Source: Clostridia bacterium (lineage in GTDB: Bacteria; Bacillota; Clostridia; TANB77; CAG-465). From it: 64,000 nt of DNA. A program made the position numbers and the translations under genes. The first letter of the stretch is position 1, and the number at the start of each line of letters is the position of its first letter. The DNA lies in contig JAQUWH010000005.1 in the NCBI GenBank assembly GCA_028692955.1, forward strand, positions 4,615-68,614, given 5' to 3'. Positions 36,613 through 46,777 of this stretch are shown here, piece after piece. The notes beneath the pieces are model-generated. The model worked only from the letters and a program-made list of their open reading frames with translations. It ran no database searches and was not told where the DNA came from.

Positions 36613-39600
36613 TTACAACAAATCAAACATATCTAATTGTTCAGAACGAGGCATACCATTTAAGCAGCCAGCCTTTTGTAAAGTTTCAACCGCTACCTTA
36701 CCTATTTTAGCAGCCCCTGCCATTTGTTCAATAGAAGTAAATCTTCCTATATTTCTTGCTTCTACTAATTTATTGGCATCTACTTCGCCAAATCCCGTTA
36801 ATGCGGAAAGTGGTGGTCTAATGCCATCCTTTTCAACTAAAAAGTGAGTAGCGTCCGACTTATAAATATCCACTGGTAAAAAAGAAATATTTCTTTCATA
36901 CATCTCTAATACAATTTCTAAAATCGGATACATATTCTTTTCTTTATTGCCAGCAGCATTACCGAGGGCATCAATTTCTTTCATGGTATCTTTTACTACC
37001 GTTTTTCCTTGCAACATAAAATCACTATCAAAATCATCTGCCCTGATAGAAAAGAAAGCAGCATAATAAGCCATTGGAATATGTACTTTAAACCATGCAA
37101 TACGAAACGCCATCGTTACATAAGCAGCAGCATGTGCTTTAGGGAACATATATTTTATCTTTTTACAAGAATCTATATACCAATCTGGAACTCCATTTTC
37201 GCGCATTAATGCCTCTTGTTCTTCAGTTAATCCTTTTCCTTTACGCACACTTTCCATGATTTTAAACGATGGATTTGGTGGTAATCCTTTGCCAATCAGA
37301 TAAATCATAATATCATCTCTTGTACAAATCGCATCACTTAAGGTACAAGTTCCATCTTCAATCAAAGTTTGTGCGTTATTTAACCAAACATCGGTACCAT
37401 GTGATAAACCAGATATTCTAATTAGTTCTTCAAACGTTGTCGGCCTCGTATCAATGAGCATTCCCCTTACAAATTTAGTTCCAAATTCCGGTATTCCAAA
37501 AGTTCCCACTTCAGAATTAATTTGTTCTTTAGTAAGTCCTAACGCATTGGTAGAGCTAAAGATAGACATCGTCTCTGGGTCATCTAGAGGTATTTTTTGT
37601 GGATCAATGCCTGTAATATCTTGCAGCATCCTGATTACAGTTGGATCATCATGGCCCAGTATATCTAGTTTTAATAGATTCTTATCGATTGAGTGATAAT
37701 CAAAGTGTGTCGTGATTATACTAGAATGTGGATCATCTGCGGGATGCTGTACTGGGCAGAATTCATAAATTTCTCTTCCTTTTGGTACTACAATGATACC
37801 GCCAGGATGTTGCCCTGATGTTCTTTTAATGCCCGTGCATCCTTGTGCTATTCTATTAATCTCTGGTGAAAGCATTGTTTTGTTTCTTTCTTCCAGATAT
37901 TTAAGTACAAATCCATAAGCTGTTTTATCTGCTACCGTACCAATTGTCCCGGCTTTATATGTAGTACCTTTACCAAAGATAACTTCTGTATAGCGATGAG
38001 CTTTTGCTTGATATTCTCCTGAGAAGTTAAGGTCAATATCGGGCTCTTTGTCACCATTAAAACCAAGGAATGTCTCAAACGGAATATCCATTCCATCTTT
38101 GTCAAGTCTATGTCCACATTTTGGACAATCTTTATCTGGCAAATCAAAACCATTTTTAACGCCATATTCCAAGAATTCAGAATACTTACAACTTGGGCAT
38201 CTATAATGTGGTTTTAAGGAATTTACTTCTGTAATTCCTGTCATATTTGCTACAAAAGATGACCCTACAGAGCCCCTTGAGCCAACCAAATATCCATCCT
38301 CATTTGATTTCCACACTAGTTTTTGTGCAATAATATACATTACCGAGAAGCCATTTTTAATAATAGATTCTAGCTCTTTATCTAATCTTTCTTCGACAAT
38401 TTTAGGTAGTACTTCTCCATATAATTCATGTGCCTTTGTAACAGCAATCTCTTTTATTGTCTCTTCACATCCATCAATATGCGGTGGACATTTTTCATCA
38501 GAAATTGGACTAATTCTTTCACACCAATCAGACACTTTATTCGTATTGGTAACTACAATTTCATACGCCTTTTCAGGAGAAAGATAATCAAATTCTTTTA
38601 ACATTTCTTCCGTAGTTCTAAAGTATAACGGAGCCTGTTTATCGGCATCACTATACCCTTGACCCGCCATAATAATTCTTCTGTAAATTTCATCTTCTGG
38701 ATTTAGAAAATGGACGTCACAAGTACCAACAACTGGTATATTGAGTTTCTCGCCAAGCGCAATAATCTTTTTATTAATATTAATTAAATCTTCTTTAGAA
38801 CTTAATTTCCCTTGGTCTAAATAGAACTGATTGTTCCCTAGTGGTTGAATTTCTAAATAATCATAAAATCTTGCTTTATTTTCTATTTCTTCTTCTGTCT
38901 TGTTTTCAAGTACAGCTTGATATAGTTCTCCTCTTTCACAAGCAGAACCAATCACAAGTCCTTCTTTATACCTATTTAATAAAGATCTTGGTATTCTTGG
39001 TCTTTTATTAAAGTAAGTAAGATGCGAGTATGATATCAATCTATATAAGTTTTTAAGTCCAACATAGTTTTTAGCAAGTAATATAATATGGTTATATGGT
39101 AATTTTTTAGCCTCTTCCTCTATTTCACTATACATGTAACCAAGTTCATTTATTCCCTTTTTTTTTGCATCTTCCAACATTTTTAAAAAAACTTTAGCAG
39201 TTGCTCTTGTATCATTGATTGCTCTATGAGCCCCTTCAAGTGATATTCCTAAAAATTCAGCAATTGTTCCCAATTTATGATTTTCTACACTTGTATACAA
39301 CTCTCTTGCCATCGTTAAGGTATCCATTACTTTGGGTTTGAATTCTAGCTTTTGTTCCTTTGCAAAATGAGAAATAAAGCTAATATCAAATCTTGCATTA
39401 TGCGCAACTAATATACTACCTTTTGTAAATTCTAAAAAAGTTGGTAATATCTCATCAATCGTTGGCGCATTTTTTACCATGTCATCTGTAATATGAGTAA
39501 GTTCCTGTACATTTTTAGGAATATTTTTTTCAGGATTGACAAAAGTAGTAAACTCCTCGATTATCTCTCCATCCTTTACTTTACATACTGCAATTTCAGT

Positions 39601-41013
39601 TATTTTTTCCATTTTAGGATTGAACCCTGTTGTTTCTAAGTCAAAGACACAGTAAGTATCCGGCACTTCTTCAAAAGGAGCAACATCTTGTGTAAGATAC
39701 CCTTCCACACCATAAAGCACTTTAATAGGTGCAGCATCCACTATCTCTTGTGTGGTTGGATAACCTTTTTCTTTTTTAACCAACTTTCCAAATTTACCAG
39801 TGATATAATGGATAGCATCAGGAAAGGATTGTGCTACTCCATGGTCCGTAATTGCAATTGATTTTTGTCCCCATTTTACTGCTTGCGCAATGATGTCAGA
39901 AGCAGAGGACACTGCATCCATAGCACTCATTTGTGTATGTAAATGTAATTCCACCCTTTTTTCTTTTGCTTCATCATTTCTGATTACTTTTTCAGGTGCC
40001 TCTGCAGTATTAATGTTATTTATCATAATGCCTAATTCTTTAGCATAAGTATCAAATTGTGGTCTTCCCTGAATTGTAACAAATCTTCCTTTTGTAAGTT
40101 TTGGATTTACGCTTTCAAATTTTTCTTTATCTAAAAACATTTTACATGCTATCGTACTAGTATAATCTGTAATATCTAAGGTAAGAAGAATCTTACCACT
40201 TTTTAACTCTCTACTATCTATTTTAAATATTTCACCATCAAAACAAACTCTTTCATAATTAGTATTTATATCTGTAATTTTTATCTTCTCAGTGGCAGTA
40301 ATAGCAATACCATAGATAACATTTTCTGGTTGAGGCTTTTTAGCAAGCTTTCTTTCTTCTTTTTCTTCCTCTGTTAGTTTGACTCGCATTGGGTAATTAT
40401 GATCTGATGATCTTACTGGTGCACTAGAAACAAAAGAAGGTGCATGATTCGCATTTTCATTATTAAAAGCATTTTTTCTTACCAAATCTTCTAGTTTTAT
40501 ACTAGCAGGTCTTCCTTCTTCTGATGTACTAATAGCATTCGGATCATCTTGTATCACTACTGTATAACCAGGTCCATACTCAACCAAAATACATTGATTA
40601 ATATATTTATCAATTTTTTTGAGCGATAAAAAGCCAGAAAATTTTTCTGTTAGTGTTATTTCAATTTTTTTTGTATCTGGATCAACTACTGTTTTGCAAT
40701 TTTCAAATATTTTTCTTGTATATTCATACTTTTTGGTTACAATCAATATTACGTTTTCAACATTCTTAACAGTAATTTCATTTGTCTTACCAGTATATTG
40801 ATAATCTATTTTAAAACTATTTAGTTCATATTCTTTACATGCTTTTCTTTCAAAGTCTTCGATGTCATAAAGAGGAATGTTATCATTACTTGTTGCACTA
40901 ATAATAACGGCATTTAGCTTTTTTGAGAATTTTACTTCTTCAACTTTTGCTTCACAGAATTTATTTTCATCATTTGCTATATTAAAAAAAACGTCTTTTA
41001 CTTTTTTATCCAT
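36613..41013 (-). CDS. polC: DNA polymerase III alpha subunit, PolC type
   Basis: About 1466 aa. PHP (VELHLHTQMS), inserted DnaQ-like exonuclease (VFDLETTG...HNA.FD), zinc finger (CP.C....CPKCG) and polymerase core. Start is set at ATG 41013 downstream of AAGGAGG. Confidence 0.95.
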   Translation of the reverse strand: MDKKVKDVFFNIANDENKFCEAKVEEVKFSKKLNAVIISATSNDNIPLYDIEDFERKACKEYELNSFKIDYQYTGKTNEITVKNVENVILIVTKKYEYTRKIFENCKTVVDPDTKKIEITLTEKFSGFLSLKKIDKYINQCILVEYGPGYTVVIQDDPNAISTSEEGRPASIKLEDLVRKNAFNNENANHAPSFVSSAPVRSSDHNYPMRVKLTEEEKEERKLAKKPQPENVIYGIAITATEKIKITDINTNYERVCFDGEIFKIDSRELKSGKILLTLDITDYTSTIACKMFLDKEKFESVNPKLTKGRFVTIQGRPQFDTYAKELGIMINNINTAEAPEKVIRNDEAKEKRVELHLHTQMSAMDAVSSASDIIAQAVKWGQKSIAITDHGVAQSFPDAIHYITGKFGKLVKKEKGYPTTQEIVDAAPIKVLYGVEGYLTQDVAPFEEVPDTYCVFDLETTGFNPKMEKITEIAVCKVKDGEIIEEFTTFVNPEKNIPKNVQELTHITDDMVKNAPTIDEILPTFLEFTKGSILVAHNARFDISFISHFAKEQKLEFKPKVMDTLTMARELYTSVENHKLGTIAEFLGISLEGAHRAINDTRATAKVFLKMLEDAKKKGINELGYMYSEIEEEAKKLPYNHIILLAKNYVGLKNLYRLISYSHLTYFNKRPRIPRSLLNRYKEGLVIGSACERGELYQAVLENKTEEEIENKARFYDYLEIQPLGNNQFYLDQGKLSSKEDLININKKIIALGEKLNIPVVGTCDVHFLNPEDEIYRRIIMAGQGYSDADKQAPLYFRTTEEMLKEFDYLSPEKAYEIVVTNTNKVSDWCERISPISDEKCPPHIDGCEETIKEIAVTKAHELYGEVLPKIVEERLDKELESIIKNGFSVMYIIAQKLVWKSNEDGYLVGSRGSVGSSFVANMTGITEVNSLKPHYRCPSCKYSEFLEYGVKNGFDLPDKDCPKCGHRLDKDGMDIPFETFLGFNGDKEPDIDLNFSGEYQAKAHRYTEVIFGKGTTYKAGTIGTVADKTAYGFVLKYLEERNKTMLSPEINRIAQGCTGIKRTSGQHPGGIIVVPKGREIYEFCPVQHPADDPHSSIITTHFDYHSIDKNLLKLDILGHDDPTVIRMLQDITGIDPQKIPLDDPETMSIFSSTNALGLTKEQINSEVGTFGIPEFGTKFVRGMLIDTRPTTFEELIRISGLSHGTDVWLNNAQTLIEDGTCTLSDAICTRDDIMIYLIGKGLPPNPSFKIMESVRKGKGLTEEQEALMRENGVPDWYIDSCKKIKYMFPKAHAAAYVTMAFRIAWFKVHIPMAYYAAFFSIRADDFDSDFMLQGKTVVKDTMKEIDALGNAAGNKEKNMYPILEIVLEMYERNISFLPVDIYKSDATHFLVEKDGIRPPLSALTGFGEVDANKLVEARNIGRFTSIEQMAGAAKIGKVAVETLQKAGCLNGMPRSEQLDMFDLL

Positions 41014-41207
41014 GAATCCATTTCCTCCTTTTTTAGACAACTCTATTATACTATTTTTTCTACTATTTGTCCATAGATTATATAGCTAAGAAATTATTTT
41101 TTATCAAGATATGTTCCTATTAAATCAATAAAATTTACAAAAATAGAAATAAAATATAACAAATATCACATTCATTCATACTATATATTATGGAGGGAGG
41201 AAATAGA

Positions 41208-41837
41208 ATGGACTTTTTAAACCAAAATAATTACTGTAATCATTATGGGTATACCGACTATCCTGAAGCAATCAACCCAATGGAGATAGCAAGTTATTTT
41301 AATAATAATACATATTATAGAAACAATTTAAGAGGTAATAATTACGGTGGTTACAATACATATCGTATCGAGAATCCAATAATGAACAGTGATTTAGAAA
41401 ATGCTCTTAATATGATCAAAGATTCCGTTATGGACGAAGCAAACGATAAAGCTTTTTATACCATATTACTAGAACAAGCAATAACAGATGAGGATAAAGA
41501 TCTTATTAAATTGATACGTGATAATGAAGTAACACATAATAAAATACTACGTGATTTGTATTACACTTTTACAGGTATCACTTTACCACCTGCAAAGCCA
41601 AATGCTCAAATAAAACCAATGCCTTATTTAAGTAATCTAAAAAAAGCATTGATGGGCGAAGTAGAGGCAGCAGAAAGATACAGAAAAATACTAGCTGCAA
41701 TGCCTGACAAAACTTCTAGTTCAAGCATCATGCACATATTAGTGGATGAATTAAGACATGCAAGTTTATATAACTATTTAATCTCTAAAACGAGATTTAA
41801 TATGTTAGATAAATCATCAACCGAACCAACAGATTAG
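41208..41837 (+). CDS. Ferritin-like/rubrerythrin-fold domain protein (possibly spore-associated)
   Basis: Two E..H-type helices (DNEVTHNKIL, VDELRHASLY) after an Asn/Tyr-rich N-terminus. Start is set at the ATG after GGAGGGAGG. Confidence 0.55.
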   Translation: MDFLNQNNYCNHYGYTDYPEAINPMEIASYFNNNTYYRNNLRGNNYGGYNTYRIENPIMNSDLENALNMIKDSVMDEANDKAFYTILLEQAITDEDKDLIKLIRDNEVTHNKILRDLYYTFTGITLPPAKPNAQIKPMPYLSNLKKALMGEVEAAERYRKILAAMPDKTSSSSIMHILVDELRHASLYNYLISKTRFNMLDKSSTEPTD

Positions 41838-41860
41838 TAAATACTCATTCATTAAAACCA

Positions 41861-41889
41861 AAAATACACATCAAGCGATGTGTATTTTT
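41861..41889. terminator. Bidirectional terminator between the ferritin-like gene and mreB
   Basis: AAAATACACATC-aagc-GATGTGTATTTT, a perfect 12-bp stem. Confidence 0.8.
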
Positions 41890-41891
41890 AG

Positions 41892-42908
41892 TTAAAATTT
41901 CTTAATTTTAACAGCATTACCAGACTCAAGTAATTCTATATGGTTTAATGCTTTACCAGTTCCCACTGCAACACATGATTGTGCATCTTCTGATATCATT
42001 ACTTGAATTCCTGTTCTTTCTTCAATTAATTTATCTAGTCCCCATATAAGGCCTCCACCACCAGTAATATAAATACCCCTTTCGGATATATCAGCTGAAA
42101 GCTCCGGAGGTGTTTCTTCTAAAACAGAATGAATACCATCTACAATAATGTTAGCACATTCCTTTAAAGCTTCATAAATTTCTTCCGAACTTAATTCTAT
42201 CTCAACGGGAAGTCCTGTTGCAATATCTCTGCCCTTTACTAGCATTGTTTCCACAATTGGTTTTGGATACATACATCCGATACTTATTTTTATATCTTCA
42301 GCAGTTCTTTCACCAATCATTACATTTCTTCTTTTCTTTACATATCTAGTGATTGCTTCATCAAACTTATCGCCAGCCACTTTTAAGGTTGTGCTCTTAA
42401 CAGCTCCGCCAAGCGAGATAACTGCAACATCAGCAGTACCTCCACCAATATCTACAATCATACTACCATATGGTTTTCCTATATCAATACCAGCTCCAAT
42501 AGCCGCTGCAATTGGTTCTTCAATCAAGAATACCTTTCTTGCGCCTGCATGTGTAGCAGCATCAATAACAGCCTTCTTTTCCACTTCTGTCACACAAGAA
42601 GGAATACATATCATAATTCTTGGTGAAAATATAAACTTTCCACATACTTTATTGATAAAATATTTTAACATTTTTTCTGTAATCGTGTAATCAGATATAA
42701 CACCATCTTTTAAAGGACGAAGAGCAATAATATTTCCAGGTGTTCTCCCAAGCATTTTTCTAGCTTCTTGTCCGACAGCTAAAACTTCATTTGTATTTTT
42801 ATCAATTGCTACTACAGACGGCTCTCTTAACACGATACCTTTTCCCTTGACATACACTAGTATCGTTGCTGTTCCTAAATCTATTCCAATATCCTGTCCA
42901 AATATCAC
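41892..42908 (-). CDS. mreB: Rod-shape-determining protein MreB/Mbl
   Basis: Actin-fold motifs IGIDLGTA, DIGGGT.DVAV and ITGGG. The position downstream of spoIIID matches mbl in Bacillus. Confidence 0.9.
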   Translation of the reverse strand: MIFGQDIGIDLGTATILVYVKGKGIVLREPSVVAIDKNTNEVLAVGQEARKMLGRTPGNIIALRPLKDGVISDYTITEKMLKYFINKVCGKFIFSPRIMICIPSCVTEVEKKAVIDAATHAGARKVFLIEEPIAAAIGAGIDIGKPYGSMIVDIGGGTADVAVISLGGAVKSTTLKVAGDKFDEAITRYVKKRRNVMIGERTAEDIKISIGCMYPKPIVETMLVKGRDIATGLPVEIELSSEEIYEALKECANIIVDGIHSVLEETPPELSADISERGIYITGGGGLIWGLDKLIEERTGIQVMISEDAQSCVAVGTGKALNHIELLESGNAVKIKKF

Positions 42909-43124
42909 TTTTCTTCCTCCTGTTTTCTGTTACAATTATATTACATTTTTATTTCATTTGCAATCAATTTAATAAAAGTTACCAAAATTTAACACATTTT
43001 ATTTTCGACATAAAATGCCTTTTTTCAATCATTGCTTGTGTATCTATACTTTTAACCTTATTTCTCTAATATTTTGCTCTTTTTAAGATAAAATATTCGT
43101 GATAGATCGTCTTTTAATTCAATA

Positions 43125-43155
43125 AAACAGAAAAACAGATAGTTTCTTCTATCTG
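43125..43155 (-). terminator. Intrinsic terminator after spoIIID copy 1
   Basis: Minus strand CAGATAG-aagaaa-CTATCTG followed by TTTTTCTGTTTT. Confidence 0.65.
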
Positions 43156-43165
43156 CTATGATTAT

Positions 43166-43459
43166 TTATTTATTTACCAAAATTTTCGAATCATTTATTT
43201 TCTTTTGCATATATTTTTGTTTTGTTGCCATTCCACCTCTTATATGCCTTTCATTTTTATGTTGTTTTAAGAGCTCTTGCACTTGTTTAGCAAGTGATGG
43301 CGATATATCTTTAAGTCTATCAGATAAATCTTTATGAATGGTTGATTTTGATACATTAAAATGTTTGGCTGCTTCTCTTACTGTTTGCCCTGTTTCTAAT
43401 ACATATACGGCAATTTTTTTTGCTCTGTCTTCTATAGTATTAATTTTATTATAATACAT
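43166..43459 (-). CDS. spoIIID: Sporulation transcriptional regulator SpoIIID (copy 1)
   Basis: Contains ETGQTVREAAK.F.VSKSTIHKDL..RL and NERHIRGG.ATK.KY, matching B. subtilis SpoIIID. Confidence 0.85.
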   Translation of the reverse strand: MYYNKINTIEDRAKKIAVYVLETGQTVREAAKHFNVSKSTIHKDLSDRLKDISPSLAKQVQELLKQHKNERHIRGGMATKQKYMQKKINDSKILVNK

Positions 43460-43599
43460 ACCCTTACCTCCATTGCTTGTTACATCTATATGCGCAGGGA
43501 CAAGATTTATGTATGTATTGACTATTTTTTCGACTTGATTTTTAATTTTGCTTTGTTTAAGAAAAACAGATTGTATTAAGCTATCTATTTACCTATTTT

Positions 43600-43884
43600 T
43601 TATACTGCCTCTTTATGAAGCTTTATATCTTTTAATTTTATATATTTTTTCCTTGTTGCAAGCCCCCCTCTTATATGTCTTTCATTTTTATTTTGTTCTA
43701 ATACTAGTTTTACCTCTTTAGCAAGAACTGAATTGATTTTTTCTAGTCTATCTGTTATATCCTTGTGAACAGTGGACTTAGATATACAAAATACTTTTGC
43801 TACCTCTCTTACAGTATCTCCTGTTTCTATCATATATCGTGCAATTTGAATAACTCTTTCTTCAATTTCATCTGTTATGTACAT
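43600..43884 (-). CDS. spoIIID: SpoIIID paralog (copy 2)
   Basis: Contains ETGDTVREVAKVFCISKSTVHKDITDRL and NERHIRGGLATRKKY. ATG 43884 is 6 nt after AGGAGGA (track start 43908). Confidence 0.8.
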   Translation of the reverse strand: MYITDEIEERVIQIARYMIETGDTVREVAKVFCISKSTVHKDITDRLEKINSVLAKEVKLVLEQNKNERHIRGGLATRKKYIKLKDIKLHKEAV

Positions 43885-43936
43885 ATTGATTCCTCCTACT
43901 AATATCATTTCACTTTGTTACTATTGTTTCCCCATT

Positions 43937-44968
43937 TTACTTAAATATGCTAGTAGGATCTACATTTTCATTATTTAAAAACAGCATGAAATGCAAATGT
44001 GAATCATCTTTTATCTCTCCAATAGCTGTATTACCTATATATCCTATTTTGGTTCCTTTATTAATGGTTTGTTTTGCTTTTACTAATACTTTTTCTGATA
44101 AATTAGAATAACAACTTTTATATCCTTGTCCATGGTCAATAACAATGGTATAACCATAGAATGGGTCACTATATATCTTTTCTATATTCCCCTTTTCAAT
44201 TGATTTAACAACACTACCTTCATCTGCCTTAATATCAATACCGTCATGTATTTTCCACAATTCTAATGTTTTAGAGTAAATTACTTTATCAATAGAATAT
44301 ATTTTTATAATTTCACCGTCTAATGGTTTAGAAAAAGCGAGCGGTTTTACAGTAACTTTTTTAGGTTCTTCCTTTTTCTCTACCTTGGCTATAGCTGCAA
44401 CCACTTCTTTTTTATTCTCAGTCCCTGCACTGTTGGTATCGTTATTAGTTGTGTGATTATCTTGCAATGCTGGATTAGCAGTAGCAATGCTTGATTCATC
44501 TGTTTTATCCGTATTATTAAAAACAGTATAATCTTCTTCATCTAAGTTTTTTAGTTTCCTCAAATTGAACGTCACACTTGTTACAGCCAGTCCAATCATT
44601 GCTAGTAAAAGAAAGAAGTATGCTTTTGGAATTTTTTTAATTTTCTTTTCTTCTTTTACTTCCTCTACTTCTTCTTTTTGTTCTACTTCACAATGGCTGG
44701 CGCCTTTCCTTGTATAGATTTTTATTTCCTGCTCTTCTTTTTTTTCTACTACATCATCTTTTTTACTATTGTCGTATACTTTAAATTTCTTAACCTTTAC
44801 ACTAGTATTGTTCTTCCTTTTTGCCTCCACACTATCTTCTCTTGTATATATATTTCTTATTTCTATATTTTTAGCATTATTACCAATACCTTTTCTTAAT
44901 TTATTTTTCTTTATTACTTCTTTCTTTTGTTTCTTATTCTTAAATATATTATTTAATTTTATTTTCAT
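43937..44968 (-). CDS. Membrane-anchored M23/LytM peptidase-domain protein (SpoIIQ-like by position)
   Basis: Lys/Glu-rich N-terminus, one TM, and a C-terminal LytM fold with HDGIDI and SHLHF motifs apparently intact. Located between spoIID and spoIIID, as spoIIQ is in Bacillus. Confidence 0.65.
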   Translation of the reverse strand: MKIKLNNIFKNKKQKKEVIKKNKLRKGIGNNAKNIEIRNIYTREDSVEAKRKNNTSVKVKKFKVYDNSKKDDVVEKKEEQEIKIYTRKGASHCEVEQKEEVEEVKEEKKIKKIPKAYFFLLLAMIGLAVTSVTFNLRKLKNLDEEDYTVFNNTDKTDESSIATANPALQDNHTTNNDTNSAGTENKKEVVAAIAKVEKKEEPKKVTVKPLAFSKPLDGEIIKIYSIDKVIYSKTLELWKIHDGIDIKADEGSVVKSIEKGNIEKIYSDPFYGYTIVIDHGQGYKSCYSNLSEKVLVKAKQTINKGTKIGYIGNTAIGEIKDDSHLHFMLFLNNENVDPTSIFK

Positions 44969-44983
44969 CCTATCACCTTTTCC

Positions 44984-45997
44984 TTAGTTTAATTTTTCAA
45001 TTTTTACCCCTGTATAATAATGTTCAATAATCTGCCTATAATCCATACCATGACTTCCATAATAATTAGCACCTACTTGACTCATACCAACACCATGCCC
45101 ATAACCGATTACATGAAATATCACCGTACTGTCTTTTATTTCAATGGTAAAATTAGTTGATTTTAATCCAATCATTGTTCTTAATTTTTCAGCGCTTACC
45201 TTTTGGTCTCTAATCTGAACATTTTTTACTCTTCCTGTTATAGTATAATCACCTATCTTGATATTTTTTATATCACTACTATTATAACCTTTACATAGAT
45301 TATTCTCTTTTAATTTATTCAAAAACTCATCACAATTAATTTCTACTGTACTAGTTCTATTCGAATACGACTCATCTTCTAAACTTTCCACTTTTACTAA
45401 ATAACTTAATGTTTCACCTCCCCATATTTGACTAATATCTTCTGTCCCTTGCGGACTACTTGCATGGAAAAATGCTTTGATACATTCCCCATTGTATGTT
45501 ATAATTTCATTTTGTGTAGATACTACTGCTGTATTAATTCTGTCCCAAAAATCTAATATTGTTCTTTCGTCATAGCCTCTACGCCTCCAAATTTCAAATA
45601 ACTTCTCTTTTGGGTAGAATGCTTGACAATGTGCATAACTGTCACACATATCAGCATCTTCTCCTTCTGCATGAGCAGAAAGCTTTCTATACGTATATGT
45701 CCTAGCAACCAATGCTTGTGCCTTTAATGCCTCCATATTATATGTAGGTGACATTTCAGATGGGACAACCCCTCTTAGATAATCATTAATATCCATTGCT
45801 ACAATTTCTCCTGTTTTTGTATACTTTACTCTTATAGTTTGATCGGCTTTATATTCAATGGTATTTTTTTCTTTTTTTTCTTCAATCTCTTGTTGCTCTT
45901 TTTTCTTTTTATTTTGCTCTATTCTAAATAAATTCATACAAAACAATATTACAGTTAATGCTAAAAAAAGGTACAAAAAAACAAGCCATTTTTTCAA
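44984..45997 (-). CDS. spoIID: Stage II sporulation protein D (SpoIID/LytB domain lytic transglycosylase)
   Basis: Contains YL.GVVP.EM......EALKAQA..ARTY, C....CQ.Y and GHGVGMSQ.GA...A..G..Y..I..HYY.G. Confidence 0.85.
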   Translation of the reverse strand: MKKWLVFLYLFLALTVILFCMNLFRIEQNKKKKEQQEIEEKKEKNTIEYKADQTIRVKYTKTGEIVAMDINDYLRGVVPSEMSPTYNMEALKAQALVARTYTYRKLSAHAEGEDADMCDSYAHCQAFYPKEKLFEIWRRRGYDERTILDFWDRINTAVVSTQNEIITYNGECIKAFFHASSPQGTEDISQIWGGETLSYLVKVESLEDESYSNRTSTVEINCDEFLNKLKENNLCKGYNSSDIKNIKIGDYTITGRVKNVQIRDQKVSAEKLRTMIGLKSTNFTIEIKDSTVIFHVIGYGHGVGMSQVGANYYGSHGMDYRQIIEHYYTGVKIEKLN

Positions 45998-46055
45998 TAT
46001 ATATCACCTTAACATATATATATTCATGACTTGTTTTTTTATGACTGTTTGTCCA

Positions 46056-46089
46056 CAAAAACAAAAAGAAATGCAAGATTTCTTGCATT
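46056..46089 (-). terminator. Intrinsic terminator of the ATPase/RloB pair
   Basis: Minus strand AATGCAAG-aaat-CTTGCATT followed by TCTTTTTGTTTTTG. Confidence 0.75.
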
Positions 46090-46114
46090 CCCCCTATTCA
46101 ATTATCCTTATGTT

Positions 46115-46777
46115 TTATTTTAAGATCATTTCTTCTAGGAGCTTTCCAACGTTAGAACCTAGTTTATACTTTAATCCTTCTGTTTCTTCACAAAATTGTT
46201 TTTCATTTTGTATAGCTTGGTTTATATTTGGTTGAAATTTTTCAAAAGCCACATTTCTTTTATTGCATCCAAATATTTCCGCAAGCTTTACTTCTAAGTA
46301 TCTTTTATTTTTATTAACCTTTTTATTTTCTAGCATTTCTTTTTTATTTAGGCTTAATATTGCGTCATTGTGCATCAGTAGGAACAATTCAAATGTTGGA
46401 TTTGACACGAAAACAGAGTAGTTGTATTTTTCACATAAGCTTAACATCTTATCATATTGTTCTACACTAAAGTTTTGTGGATCTCTATCTATAACAAAAC
46501 ACACTTTGTCTATCTCTTTATAGTATAAAAATTTGCCGTCCTCTAAATCCTTATTAAAATTATCAATCTTTCTTAACGGATGACTTTCTCCCATTTCGCT
46601 TTGATCATTTTCTATAGGTATAATTTCAATAAGTGAGTTAATATTTATTTCTTGAGCATTATCTCTTATTCCAAGAAAATATTGTATTTCTGTTTTATCG
46701 CCTTCAGGAATAATATAGTATTTTGATTTTGGGGGTAAACCTAATGAAGTTCTTACTAATTTACTCGCCTCTCTCAC
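46115..46777 (-). CDS. RloB-like (TOPRIM-type) protein, AbiLii-like
   Basis: 220 aa. YYIIPEGDKTEIQYF (conserved Glu block) and CFVIDRDPQN (DxD block), as in the RloB family. The GTG start overlaps the ATPase stop (TAGTG). Confidence 0.65.
   Translation of the reverse strand: MREASKLVRTSLGLPPKSKYYIIPEGDKTEIQYFLGIRDNAQEININSLIEIIPIENDQSEMGESHPLRKIDNFNKDLEDGKFLYYKEIDKVCFVIDRDPQNFSVEQYDKMLSLCEKYNYSVFVSNPTFELFLLMHNDAILSLNKKEMLENKKVNKNKRYLEVKLAEIFGCNKRNVAFEKFQPNINQAIQNEKQFCEETEGLKYKLGSNVGKLLEEMILK

Noticed and set aside
36613-41040. Checked polC for an intein or unusual insertion because of its length.
   Set aside because: With the start corrected to 41013, the roughly 1466-aa length and the domain order (PHP, exonuclease, Zn finger, polymerase core) are normal for PolC.
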